Positions 10,450 through 22,870 of a DNA stretch of 64,000 nt are shown here, piece after piece. Source of the stretch: Octopus sinensis (Eukaryota); NCBI RefSeq assembly GCF_006345805.1, contig NC_042999.1, positions 101,928,001-101,992,000 on the forward strand, read 5' to 3'. The notes below the pieces were generated by a model. That model was not told the origin of the DNA and searched no databases. It saw nothing but the letters and a program-made list of their open reading frames with translations. The translations under genes and the position numbers were made by a program. Each line of letters opens with the position of its first letter. Positions within the stretch are counted from its first letter, which is position 1.

Positions 10450-12950
10450 CGCTTCTCGAAAAAAGGTTATCCATGCCTGCAAACCTCTATTTAGTTGTAT
10501 CTCTAAATTTATCCGTTGGTTCACCACTCTCCGAACTCCTATATTCACCGACAATTAATTGTTCGAACATCTGTTATTTTAGATTGAGGAGGCCTATCCT
10601 CACCTCACCCCTCAGGGAATATCCGCTAGTGGACTTGACTCTCGCGGACCCACAGCCAAAATGCAAAGGAAGAAAATTTTCTTATCGCCAACCCCCGACA
10701 ACTACCACTAATCTCCTCTCGCATAGTATTCCTGATCGACAGTCACATGTGGTCTCTTTCTCACAACCAAACCTAGCCTTTGCCAACTTATTCACCTTAT
10801 AAACACCTATCAGATCGTCCACCTATGCTTAATCACGACTATTCGCCACCTACCCACTTACTATGCACCCCCACTTTGGATCTTTGGTATTTCAAGTTGG
10901 CTATCCTGTCTGAGCTCCTTCAGTTTTACCGTTAACAAACGTTGGCAAGCAAAATACCGTCCCAAATCTCTCACGTGGACTTGTAGCTGCAATACGTGCA
11001 ATAAATAGACAAAGAACAAGGCCTATAACGTCTGAGAAAAATTGCCCACTTTTACATAGACGGGTTTTATCTACCACTGTTAATTCCTGTGTCTTCATTC
11101 ATCGCACAAAGTACAAGCTCCCGAAACGACTGTCGATTCTTTTGGCTCCTTGTCAAAGGATTTCCAGCGACTTTACGGATTTTGCCCAGCTTTCATTCTT
11201 CAATTATCTAAACCACTACTCTCGACTAGGAAGTCTTTTTTTTTTTTTCCCGCCAGCTTTGAGTTCGATTCTACACTGTATACACTAGACAGACCTCAAA
11301 CTTTCTTCACTCTACCATGCTTACTGCAACATATACTAGCAAATGCCAAATGCAAGAATATCTTCAGTTACTTCAAACCATCAAAGCTGCTCTTTCCATT
11401 TCTGTAAAACAATGTATCTAAAGCTAGCCTCTTTCTTTGCTCTATCTGTGCATGGTTCAGTATTTAGAGTGTTATGCTCACAATCATGAGGTTATAAGTT
11501 CGATTTCCAGACCGTGCTGTGTGTTGTGTTCTTGAGCAAGACACTTTATTTCATGTTGTTCCAATTCACTCAGCTGAAAAAATGAGTTGCAACGTCACTG
11601 GTGCCAAGCTGTATCAGCCTTTGCCTTTCCTTTGGATAACACTGGTGGACAGGGGAGGCTCGTATGCATAGGCGAGTGCTTGTCTTCCATAAACAGCCTT
11701 GCTCAGACTTGTGCCTCGGAGGGTAACTTTCTAGGTGCAATCTCATGGTCATTCATGGCTGAAGGGGGTCTTTACTCTTTATCTTTGCCAAACGCTTCGA
11801 TATCTCTGCAGTGATCTATCCCAAGTTTTCAAGATATGCAGGTGTGTACCATTCCTGAGAAGAGCAATTGCTCTGATTCTGTCAACCATTGATCTATAGC
11901 TCTCACTTCCAAAAGTTTGAATGAAGCAATTGTTAATAATTATCTTCTCAAATATCTTCAGTCTCTCTCTCCTTCACTGATGACTACCAATATATCTTCC
12001 ATAAAACTAGAGCTACTGGAGATCTGCTTTCCTACATCACTAGTTGGCTCTTGCTTTTCAGAAATTTGGCAAAATTAATATTGTGATTTACCTCAACAAA
12101 GCCTTTGGCAGTGTCAGGCAAATCTCTTAACAAGGCTGCTTGCTTATAGGTTCCATATGTTTCTATCTCTTTGATAGGAAGTACTTCCTTTGAGATAGTA
12201 CTCTCATAGTGTGTATTGCTGAAATTTTCTTTGGACCACACTCTGTGTGTGTGTGTGTGCCCAGGTTTGGTTGTTACTCAAACTCTTCATTCCTTACTTA
12301 AATAATCAAGTTACCAATATCTCCAACAAAGACCAGCCTTTTCAGAAATCATCCTCATCCCTAACTTCTGCTCACTGACTCCTTCCATATGCAACCATGC
12401 CAACTCGTGCTAAACTAGTTCTACTTTCATGAACACAAACTTTCTCCAATAGGGTCATACCAGTCCTTTCTTTAAATGCACAACGACACAGTGTACATAT
12501 CAAGGCAATATCTTGTGTAACTCAACCTCTCTAGTCTGAGACAACATACAAGTAAAATTTTGAAAGTCACTAAAAATGCTAGGCTTCACAATCTTTAATA
12601 ATCTGTCCTGGAATTTATCTTTTCATGACATGGTAAAATCTTAATTCCAAAGACTAACCTTGCTTCTTAAAGTCAGAAAATACTCCAGCCTTGGTAATTG
12701 TTGTCACTGTAAAACTTAAATCAGATCCAGAGTGAAATACTTCTCCAATATCTGGTGCTGCCACTACTCGTATGAATATTGTAGACCATATCCCTAAAAA
12801 GAACTACATGACTGAAGTTACCAATTGTATTGGTAGAGAAAAAGGAAAGTCTTTTTACCTTTTTGACTAGTTCATAATAGCACATGCCTGCCAACCCAAG
12901 ACAAACTACTCTCATCTCCCCAGCTTTCATGGTTCATATTGTTTGATCCC
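10450..12950 (+). mobile_element. Heavily decayed CR1/L2-type LINE ORF2 (EN to RT), interrupted by a SINE
   Basis: Broken frames give IPDRQSH..LFLTTKP (endonuclease-like), then SIALTSK..LLKYLQ..KTRATGDLLSYIT and DLNKAFGSV (RT-like). The left (EN) part is less certain. Confidence 0.5.
11445..11785 (+). mobile_element. tRNA-headed SINE, second family
   Basis: GCATGGTTCAGT..AGTTCGATT head and TTCTTGAGCAAGACACTTTATTTC core. Inverse copy at 28375-28700. Confidence 0.75.
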
Positions 12951-13611
12951 CAGGTCCTGTTCTCACCATTTTCCTCATTTCTTTCACCCCAGAGCATGAA
13001 TACTTTGACAAACTCTCCTTGGTTTCATTGGGGGTGGGGTGGGGAGTTGCTGCAGAAATCCTGACACTAGTTTATTCTCCTAATTAAGTCATTAAAAAGA
13101 AAAATTATTTAACATATTGATTATTAATCTTTGATAGTAAGAACAGAAAGAAAAATATATTGGATTTGTTGTATTTTGCTATTCAGTATAGTGACTCATT
13201 ATTCTGAGTGTAAGAATCATTGGTAATTGACTTTCTTTCATTATCTAAGGTCAATAAAAAGATGAGTACTAGCAAAGGAGGTGGTGGAATAGAGGAGTTT
13301 TCAAGTGTGGCATTTAACCTACATTCAGTGTGTGTGTGAAAGCAACATCTGCTTTTCGTTTTTGATGTTGTTTACAGTGAAATTTAAATATTAGTTGAGT
13401 CTTTTCAGGTTGTGATTCTCATAAGGTAACAGCACTGTGTCATGTCAATAAGAACTTTTCATAGTCATTTAACTGCTTAGAAACTGCAGCCAAATCTCAA
13501 ATCATACTCCACTGTTTTCATTAGAGGAAAGATACAATCAACAAATTGGTCCTTGAATATGCAAAATGATAGTCCTCTCTAGGATGTTTTTCATAAAAAA
13601 AATCTGCTCTT

Positions 13612-14790
13612 TTGATTTCACTTGCCTCAACAGGTCTTTGCAAGCAAAGTTCATTGTCCAGTGAATGAAGGGTATTCATCAGTAGACGGGTTATGGTCTC
13701 ACTTGGCTTGTTGGCTCTTCTCAAGCATAGCATATCTCCAAAGGTTTTGGTCACTAGTCATTGCTTCGGTGAGACCCAATGTTCGAAGGCCATGCTTCAC
13801 CACCTCATGCCAGGTTTTCCTGGGTCTACCTCTTCCACAGGATCCCTCAATTGCTAGTGTGTGACACTTTTTCACACAGCTGTCCTCATCCATTCGCTAC
13901 ACATGACCATACCAGCGCAGTCGTCTCTCTTGCACACCACATCTGATGCTTCTTATGCCCAACTTTTGTCTCAGGGCGCCTACACTCTGTCATGTACGCA
14001 CACTGAAATTACACATCCAGCAGAGCATACTGGCTTCGTTCCTTGCAAGCTTACGCATGTCCTCAGCAGTCACGGCCCATGTTTCACTGCTATGTACCAT
14101 GGCTGTTCATACACATGCATCATACTATCTACATTTTACTCTGAGCAAGAGGCCCTTTGTCACTAGCAGAGGTAGGAGCTCTCTGAACTTCGCCCAGGCT
14201 ATTCTTATTCTAGCTGCTACACTTTCAGAGCATCCACCCCTGCTACTGACTTGGTCACCCAGGTAACGGAAGCTATCAACTACTTGTAGTTTTTCTCCCT
14301 GGAATGTGACAGAAGCTGTTCTCTGCACATTTTCAGTGTTTATTGCTCCTGACCATCTGCCACATACAAATTAGCCTTCTTTGATATTGCTGCACCTCTT
14401 ATGTGTCCATAGCTTACACTGGGTACATCTTATGGAGTTTCTACATATGCCTTTTCTACAGATTGAGCAGGGCCATCTACCTGAAGGGATTTGTGGTTTG
14501 TCTGCCTTCCTACTTATAAAGACTGGTTTTAGCTAGGTTGACTCTAGAATATGTACTGCCGTAGCTAAGGCCCTTTGATTCTAATCCTTGCTTCTAACCT
14601 GAAACTTTTCCTCTAGTTCTGATAGTGACTCAGCAATTAGAGCAAGGTCATCAGCATAGAGGAGCTCCAAAGGGCATCATGTCTTGAATTCCTCTTTTAT
14701 TGCTTGGAAACTATGATGAATAAGAGGGGGCTGAGGACTGATCCTTGATTGACCCCCCCACCCCTGTTACACTGTCAAGTTGTATACCAA
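13612..14790 (-). mobile_element. RTE-clade LINE fragment (RT core to C-terminus)
   Basis: Minus strand reads QGSVLSPLLFIIV..ELLYADDLALIAES; VVDSFRYLGDQ..ARIRIAWAKFRELLPLL; EGSCGRGRPRKTWHEVV. Confidence 0.9.
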
Positions 14791-14820
14791 TGAACTTATG
14801 ATAAGTTGTAATATTTAATT

Positions 14821-15722
14821 ATTATCTCTGCCTTAGCAAAGGCAGAGGTATTGTTTTCAGTCGTGTTTGTTTGTTTGTCCGTGGACAAGATAGCTCAAGA
14901 ACCACTGGATGGATTCGGATTAAACTTTCAAGGATGCTTGACCTCGACTGGCACGAACTGATTAGATTTTGGGATCAATCCAGTACTGGACAAAGATTCT
15001 GGATTATTTGTTATATTTACTTTACATGATTACAATCTTACGTTGACTTTCAAGTCTTTCTCAATTACCTTCCTTTAGGCTTTTTCCAAAGATTTATTTT
15101 TGTTTCTCAATTATTAAGTTTACTCACGTCTCTATCTTAGTAGAAACTGATGGATAAAGAAATCAAGCTACATAAACAAACAACAGCAAAACTGTTCAGA
15201 AATTAAATAACACTAACATATTTTTATACTATATATACTTATAAACACTTTACAGTATGCTTACATATATACATTGATCTAAAATAACAGGAATACTAAA
15301 GTAAGGCCAGAATTTAAGAGAAGGGATAGCCAAAAGGTCTCATGCTATTCATTTAAAAATTCCCAAGTAGAACTTATTACCTCTGCCTTTGAAACTATTT
15401 TGAATGGTGAATTTGTTAACTTTGGCTTGTATTGGACAAGGATAAACTATTTATTACTGTTACTAAATTTTCTACGGCCACCTTCACATTCCATGACTAC
15501 CATTGGGATCGATCCGGTACCGGACAAGGATTCTGGATTTTTTTTTTTTTTTTTTTTTCACTTAATTTTTGAGAACAGTCAGATTCGTTTTTAGTTTTCC
15601 CATTTGTGAGAGCAGTCGAGTTTATTTCAGATATTCTCATTTTAAAAATCATCTCCGGCTAATTGTTGAGAGGATGCTGGTGTTGCCTTGGCTGAAGTTT
15701 GCACTCTCTGAGTGCTCTTGTT
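14821..15722 (+). mobile_element. Helentron/HINE-like non-autonomous element, split or duplicated internally
   Basis: 5' ATTATCTCTGCCTTAGCAAAGGCAGAGG hairpin plus (GTTT)n; 3' GCCTTGGCTGAAGTTTGCACTCTCTGAGTGCTCTTG subterminal IR/hairpin. The GGGATC..GGACAA.GATTCTGGATT block is present twice (~14971 and ~15506). Confidence 0.6.
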
Positions 15723-16599
15723 ATTATTATTCATACAATATTTATACACATGTACACTCTTAGTGGCATATTTATCATATAAGCAATGAGGAGGGACTGA
15801 ACTACATGATCTTAGTAAGTGATATATATATATTTTTATCCTTTTACTTGTTTCAGTCATTTGCCTGTAGCCATGCTGGAGCACCTATGTATATATATTT
15901 ATGATGGACTTCTTTCAGTTTCCATCTGCCAAATCCATTCGAGGCTTTGATCAGCCTGGGTCTATATTAGAAAACACTTATCCTTGGTGCCATGCAGTAG
16001 GACTGAACCTGAAACCATATAATTGGGAAGTAAGCTTCTTAATGATGTAGGTTAAAATATGATGAGATTTCTATCTCTGAAAATACATCTAGTACAAGCT
16101 CTGTTAGATTTTTAATGTGAGAATTAGATACTCTGTTCTGAAGTTGAATTACTTTACTTGCAAAATCTTGTTACAATAACTTATTTTATCTATTGATAAT
16201 AATTAAAAAAAAAAAAAAGGTAAGCATGACCTTTTCTGAATTACTCTTCTCATCTTTGATCTTGTCTTCTCTCCAACTTAATGTTCTCTTTTAAAGACCA
16301 GTTGACCAGTGAATTAACTTGAATAATCAATGTTGTATTGAAAAACTGATTAAAACTTTGTGTGTGTTCCTGTATGGATCAGTTTTTCTTCTAAACATAT
16401 TACATTGAACAGGCCCTTATAGTTTGTTTGGAAAAAGAAACTTTCTAGATCTTGACGCTCTTCTTTGCAGGATGACCTGACTGTTGGTACTGCATATGTG
16501 TCTGTTCTTACCATGTTGTAGTAGTTGTATTTGCACTTTGTGACATTCTTGTTGACCCTTTTCCCTCCTCCTCCAATACTTTCAGTTGGTTGCTGGGTT

Positions 16600-17680
16600 T
16601 TCTAACATTCTTCTTGTTCTTTGTCATGCACTATTTAACCCTCTGTCAAATTCTCTAAATCTGCTCCACACTGATCTGTTTTTTCTTCTCTGGTTCATGA
16701 TAGGCCTTGCTAAGCTAAATGATGTTATCTTCATGCCGTTCTTGTTGCACTCAACATCAGAAAAGTATTCATTAGTGTCTAGTGTGAATATCTCTTTGCT
16801 AAATTTCCTGCTTATAGGTTCTATCCACCACTTGGGTTGGAAGCTTCTTGTTAGAGTGCATCATCATAGTTTGTGTTTCTGGATCTCTCTCTCTCTCTCT
16901 CTCTCATCCATACTGTGTCACCTTCGGTGTACCTCAATGTTTTGTTTTGTCCCTGGCACTTTTTCTCTCTTACTGTATAACATTAATTCCAACAATACCC
17001 AATTTTATGCAAACGATACATTTCATTCCTTCTAACCATCGATACAGAGGTGTCATCTACATGCAATCTAAACACCTCACATCAAACTTTCAAGCCTGCG
17101 GTGTTCAGATACTTCTAATATCTTAATTTCTCCAGTGAAATCATATCAAGGAAATACTCTTTTATCCCATAGCAACTTCAATGACTTTAGTTGTGTCTTA
17201 TCCATATCCTTGGATAATGCATCTAAAACTATCAGAGTTACTACACTTAACAATCACTGGTGATCTCTTCAGTCTCTAACTGATTTTAAATCTCTGTTAA
17301 TGGAATATTGCCCTCACATGTGGGATGATGGTGGTGTTGCTGTTGTTGCACACATGGACGTCCTAGGCCACATCTAGGAAAAGTGCTACTCAACTCACTG
17401 GTATGAAATCACTTTCCTCTAACCCATAGATGTGCTGCTTTTCTGCTATTATTATAGTGGCCAATCCTTCTTTCTCAGAATGTCAGCCATCTGGAATTTT
17501 CTCTCTCTTCATACAAAAGCATGAAGAGTGGGAGGGGACTTTCTCAGTCTCTCAGCCTAATTGCAATTATCTTCTTTCATTTTTCTTTCTTATATTTTCT
17601 AGAAGTGTGTTATAGAACAATCCATTGAGGAAACACCTTTTTCAAAACAGAACTACAATCTTGTAAAGCAATATTTTGTT
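16600..17680 (+). mobile_element. Decayed CR1/L2-type LINE RT to 3' end
   Basis: VALNIRKVF (ALDISKAF-like), GVPQCFVLSLALF (GVPQGSVLSP-like); similar to 2900-3260 and 12000-12950. Confidence 0.7.
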
Positions 17681-19204
17681 GATTGCTATGTGGTAAGAAA
17701 TCTGCTTCCCAACTACATGGTTTTGTGTTCAGTCTCACTGTGTGGAACCTTGATTAAGTATCTTCTATTATAATCCCAGGCTGACCAAAGCCTTGTAGAT
17801 GGAAAATGAAAGAAGCCCATTGTGTGTGTGTGTGTGTGTTACTGTCTCTTTGTCTTGGTGAGTCATTGCAGTTGTTCCCAGGGGTAGCTACCTGTCACTC
17901 CTTCAGTTTCATTGGATCCTCTCCATGTTGCTTTTGGTCTACCACACTTCTGTTTCCCTTGGGATGTCCATTGGAGGGCTTGCATTGTAATGTTTTCTGC
18001 TCTTGGTCTAGGTTTTGATAGGTTGCAGGCTCACCTTTCCCAACAAGGCCTTGTTTATGAGCCTGTCTTGTCACCTTTCCAACAAATTCTTCCTTGGATT
18101 CTTTTAAAATAAAATTAACTTTGTGGATAAGACAATATCACAAAAGTTATCTCACACACTTTTTAAATATTAAAGAAGTATCTGATAAGGTGAATTTAAC
18201 TTCAAATGCAAATCATAACAATAATGAAAAATTTGCAATTTTATGAAATATATTGAGCCAGTTTCTAAAGATATTTAATTACTTAAGTATGTAGTTCCTG
18301 AGATATGTAGATTTTTGGCTGTTGAGTTTGGTGCAAATAACAGAAAATGTGCAGGAAGAACGTAGCTGTTAAATTTTATTGTTGATGATTTACTGATGTA
18401 GATTATTGATTGTTTTAAATCACTAAAATTCCAATATGAGAAGAGTATTGAGCTCTGTTAATTATCTACAACTGAGGGATGTTAGTCATATTTTAATTGT
18501 TCATGTTTGTGTTAAGTCACTTTTTCTCATATTAAATCTATTTAAACAAGGATGACTAACAACCATCTCAATGACTTCCTTTGCTTAGCTAAATAGTATA
18601 TTATGTCAAAATTGCTGGATATTCCACAGTATCAAACTTCAACTTGAGCTCAATAAAATCTGTTATCTAAAAACCTTTTTGCTTTATTCTCTGTCATTAA
18701 TTTGAAAACCCACTCATTCATCACTACTATCATGTCCATTTTCCCATACTGGCATGAGAAATTTGTTGAGACAAATTTAGTACTCCTTTCATACGTATTT
18801 GTTACTATTCCTAACCTGTTTCTAAATTAAATAATATTTCCCTTTCATCCTTCAAACCCAAACAGCACAATGACAAGACATGTTTTCACAGATATACAAA
18901 TGTATGACGCCGTGTATGATGGTGACTTTTATTTGCAAACTAGCTGGCCCCATGTCATCAAAAATGACAGCTAATTGTGGTATTTTATATATAAATAAGG
19001 TACAAAATCAAGTTTTTAGTTTAATAATTCTTTTATTACAAAATTTTTTGTGAAAAATCTCTCCACAACTAACATACCTTCACTGCTTGTTTCCTTCAAA
19101 AGAATTTTTTATTTTTCCTTCCTTCTTGTATGACTTAAGGCCACATAAAGCTGGCCGCGACTAAATCGGGATAGAATATGGATGGTAAATTAAATTAATA
19201 CACT

Positions 19205-19469
19205 CAGCGCCGCCTTGGCTGGCATCCATGCCGGTGGCACGTTTAAAGCACCAACCGATCGTGGCCGATGCCAGACTCCCCTGGCACGTAAAAAGCACCC
19301 ACTACACTCACGGAGTGGTTGGCGTTAGGAAGGGCATCCAGCTGTAGAAATACTGACAGATCAGACTGGAGCCTGGTGCAGCCCCTGGCTTCCCAGACCC
19401 CGGTCGAACCGTCCAACCCGTGCTATCGCAGAAAACGGACATTAAACGATGATGATGATGATGATGATC
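19205..19469 (+). mobile_element. Young RTE-tail element ending in (GAT)n
   Basis: GGCACGTAAAAAGCACCCACTACACTCACGGAGTGGTTGGCGTTAGGAAGGGCATCCAGC with CpGs intact. Inverse copies at 41088-41330 and 42215-42490. Confidence 0.8.
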
Positions 19470-19789
19470 AATGTTATCTAGTGGTTGTCCTTTGAGATGT
19501 GACATTGATCATTGTTTCCGAAACAACGCTGATTCACACCACAAACATTTACATACTCCCCTTGTACACATACATATACTCACACATAGTTGAAACGCTG
19601 TTTGATTTTTCTTTTCAGTGTTGAATGTTCACCGTCCCACTTCCATTCACATACCTCCCTTTTACATATACTCACACATAGATGAAACGCTGTTTGATTT
19701 TTTTCTTACTGTAGAATTTCCATCATCCCACTACCAAGTTTGCCATCACCTCTTCCTTCCTTATTCATGTCGTTTTCTATAGGCAAGTG

Positions 19790-20470
19790 AAGACCTTTTG
19801 TGATTTGCTTTAAATCTCGGCAACGGTGTTAAAATGGTGACCTTTGAGCTGCATTATCATATTGGGGAAGAGAATGAAGTCCACAGGTGCTAAGTATGAA
19901 TAGGTGTGAAAGTGATATCTTGTTGGTTTTGTCGAGAAACTCATGAGTGAGGCGAGCTCAGCGACAGGGTGCATTGTCATTATGAAGAATCGAATTCTTC
20001 ATTCTCCACAGATCCGGTCACTTTCACCAAATGTCCTCCCTCAAATGCTTCAAAATCTCACAGTAGAACTCTCAATTGATGGTCTGGCCTGGAGGACAAA
20101 TTCTCAGTGAACAATACACATTTCCAGGGATGACACTCATGGCAGCTTTTCCAGGTTTTCACTCATTGTCTTTCAGGAATATTCTTTCACTTTGAAGCAC
20201 CTGTGCCACTCGAAACCTTGCATACGACCTGTTGCCTCATCACTGTAAACTTGCTGAAGCATGATCAATGTCTTTGTAGTGGACTTCTGAAGTTGAATGC
20301 AAAATTTCTCATTGGCTCTTTGTTCTATCCATGACAAAATTGCAGACTGTAGCATACTCATGATCACAAAAACACAAATTTCACAACTTGCGAAGTAAAC
20401 ACAGTGATGTCACTTGGCACACTGCCTCATGAAAGTCACTGCTAGCTTTCACTGCACACGCAATCATGTG
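19790..20470 (-). mobile_element. Internally deleted mariner transposon
   Basis: EQRANEKFCIQLQKSTTKTLIMLQQVYSDEA..FEWHRCFK (HTH), joined by a deletion to PPGQTIN.EFYCEILKHLRE..ILHNDNAP and LAPVDFILFP..QLKGHHFNTVAEI. Confidence 0.85.
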
Positions 20471-22199
20471 ATGAATCTTCTCATGCAATGTGTCAGAAAT
20501 CAGTGTGGTCTTTTGTCACTTCCTCTGAGATACAACAGCTTCAGGTCTGACTACACTAATTTGTGACAACTCCTCCTTGGTCTCCATCTTCCACAGGTTC
20601 CATTCATTCCAGGTATGGGGTCTTGGGTTTACTCCTGGCTAAATACTATTCCTGCAGGCATCATATTAGGAAGATGGCATCAGTAGGACTTCTTCTTGTC
20701 ACAAAACCAAACTGCATCACCCTAATCAATTGCACTGTAAGTCTTGGTTAAATTCACATCTGATTGAACTGTTTATTACTTCTGTATTTGCTTCTATCTA
20801 GTGCTAGTGCATCTCCTTTGCTCTCATAGCAGTTAATGATGATGATGGCAACTATTGATTGCCATGCAAATAAGAAGTAACTTATAAGTTTCTAAAGGCT
20901 GGATATATTTGCTCTACGATATCACTCAGCCTGCTAGAAATAGCAGGTGAGTCTCCCTCATTCATCATGTTTGGAATATATTTAATGAACCAAGACATTT
21001 GAATTAAAATTACACCTATAGTGAGGAGAAAACAATCATTAGCAAAGTGATTAATTCTGGGCAAGAAAGACAAAGTAAGACAACTTACAAAGTTTTAATT
21101 AAGAAATAGAATGTAGTAAGAAAATGAGCCTGAACTTTGTACTGTGATAACTTGACGTTTTGACCCTAACCCTAACCCAAGATGACTGAGAGATATTTAA
21201 CTGTAACTGTTTAAGTTTACACCTTGAAAATTTAGCCAACCTCCACTGAGCTTACATCATTCTGATATATGTTTATAGACAGTTTCTTGGTCATATCAAA
21301 TCACATATTCTTATCCCCAATATATTGTCAGACTGAAAGAATCAGCTAAATTATAAACAATAATGTGATAGATAATGAGTTTTATTCTAGCTTACCATAG
21401 GATACATACAGATACAGAGGCTAGAACCAATAATCATTGAGAATTCTAGAGCAAACTCATGGGTTTAAGTGATAAGAACTAAGGCTCCTTTACTCCCAGA
21501 CCTGGTCTTATAGTGTACTGATTCTTACTCCTTTAGAGTATCAAGGAGTTAAAAGCAGAAACATGACTTTGAAGTCTGACAGACATTCAGTCCTTTTGAT
21601 GGCCTCTGCTGCTCAGCTATTGTATAAGTTTGCTGTCTCATAGTTATTCTGAATATCTGATGTTTATATCAATAACTGTCAGCTGTGTAAATCTCTGTTT
21701 AGTCATGTCAAGCACCAGATGGTCAGAGGGCTGTTGTTTAACTTCAGATCAGCTGTGATAGTGCAGACATATAGCCTACAGATAGTTGGACAAATGTCTT
21801 GAAGTGATCTTATTGTTGAAGATATAGCACATCTCCAACTAGTGGTGGTCTTTTGTGTGCATTCTATACACTGTCAACATGTAGTTATTCATAGAGTCAG
21901 GGTGTCAGTCTGAATACCTTGCATTCTCTCCATTGTCTAGTTTATTTCTATATGCCTGTTGTGTTGTTGTTGTTTAGCCTCTTATAAAACAGGACTATGA
22001 CCAAAAACATTCAAGTTGAGAGCGGGCTTATGATTCAGTCATTTCAGTTAGGACCTTTATATAATTTTGTTTACCAAATGCAAAGATCACATTATGCAAT
22101 GTACTCAACCTTTTTTTTTCTTTAAGCTGGTAGATTTGTGGTAGATTTAGCTATTATTTTTAGCAGGTTGAGTGACCACATAGAAGATGCTTTGTTGAC

Positions 22200-22870
22200 T
22201 CAGGGAGTAAATGTATTTGTTAAATTTGTTTTGGGATAAGTTTCCTCATTGATTGTTTCACACAGTGCAGTTACATCTGGAAAATGTTGGGAGGATATGA
22301 GTGTGATACCATCTTTGTATGAGGTTGTGTATACTTTGTGAAATTGTGGAAAGATTGCATATGTTAAAAATACTAAGTGAAATGAAGGATTCTTGTAGTA
22401 ATCCATTTATGAAAGTGCAAATTATAGACTTGTTCTTTTTATGGAAAGGCATGGCCACTTGTAGGATAGTTTGCTAGCTAGTATTTTGTGCTGTTTCTAA
22501 AAGTGTCAAGCATATTCAGTGTAGGTGGATAGTAGGAATAGTTGAAAAACTTTGCTGATATCAATGACAGAATGGTAAATATGTACTGTATGTAATGTTG
22601 GAAAGAGAGGAATTTGTAGTTTAGTGATGAGGAGGATTAATTTTTATGGAATTTCTGAGGGTACATATAGGGATGGATGATACTACTTCAGTCAGGTTTT
22701 TGTTGAGCTTTAAAATTGCGAGGATGTTATCCAGTTTTCTAATTATGGGAATCTGGCAATGTTGGTATGAGAAGTTGTTGCTATTAGTAAGTTCAATAAT
22801 TCCTTCTGGCCCTGAGGTTTTAAAGTTTTTTTTATTTTCTCACAGCATTCCTGGTGCCTCATAGAAAGAA
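22200..22870 (-). mobile_element. Decayed non-LTR RT fragment (I/Jockey-like)
   Basis: NGLLQESFISLSIFNI (GVPQGSxISPxLFNI-like) and TSYKDGITLIS (YADDITL-like) in the minus-strand ORFs 22200-22458. Confidence 0.55.

Noticed and set aside
10395-10802. 135-aa ORF as a nested intronic gene
   Set aside because: No host-protein signature; it overlaps a probable decayed LINE endonuclease region.
16586-17035. 149-aa hydrophobic ORF as a membrane protein
   Set aside because: An off-frame reading of a decayed CR1/L2 RT that runs through a (CT)n microsatellite.
21164-21178. Interstitial telomeric repeat CCCTAACCCTAACCC
   Set aside because: Only 2.5 units; too short to interpret.
22623-22700. C/D-box snoRNA (GTGATGA...CTGA) in the DAP intron
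   Set aside because: It lies within a decayed LINE RT, with no terminal stem or recognisable guide.
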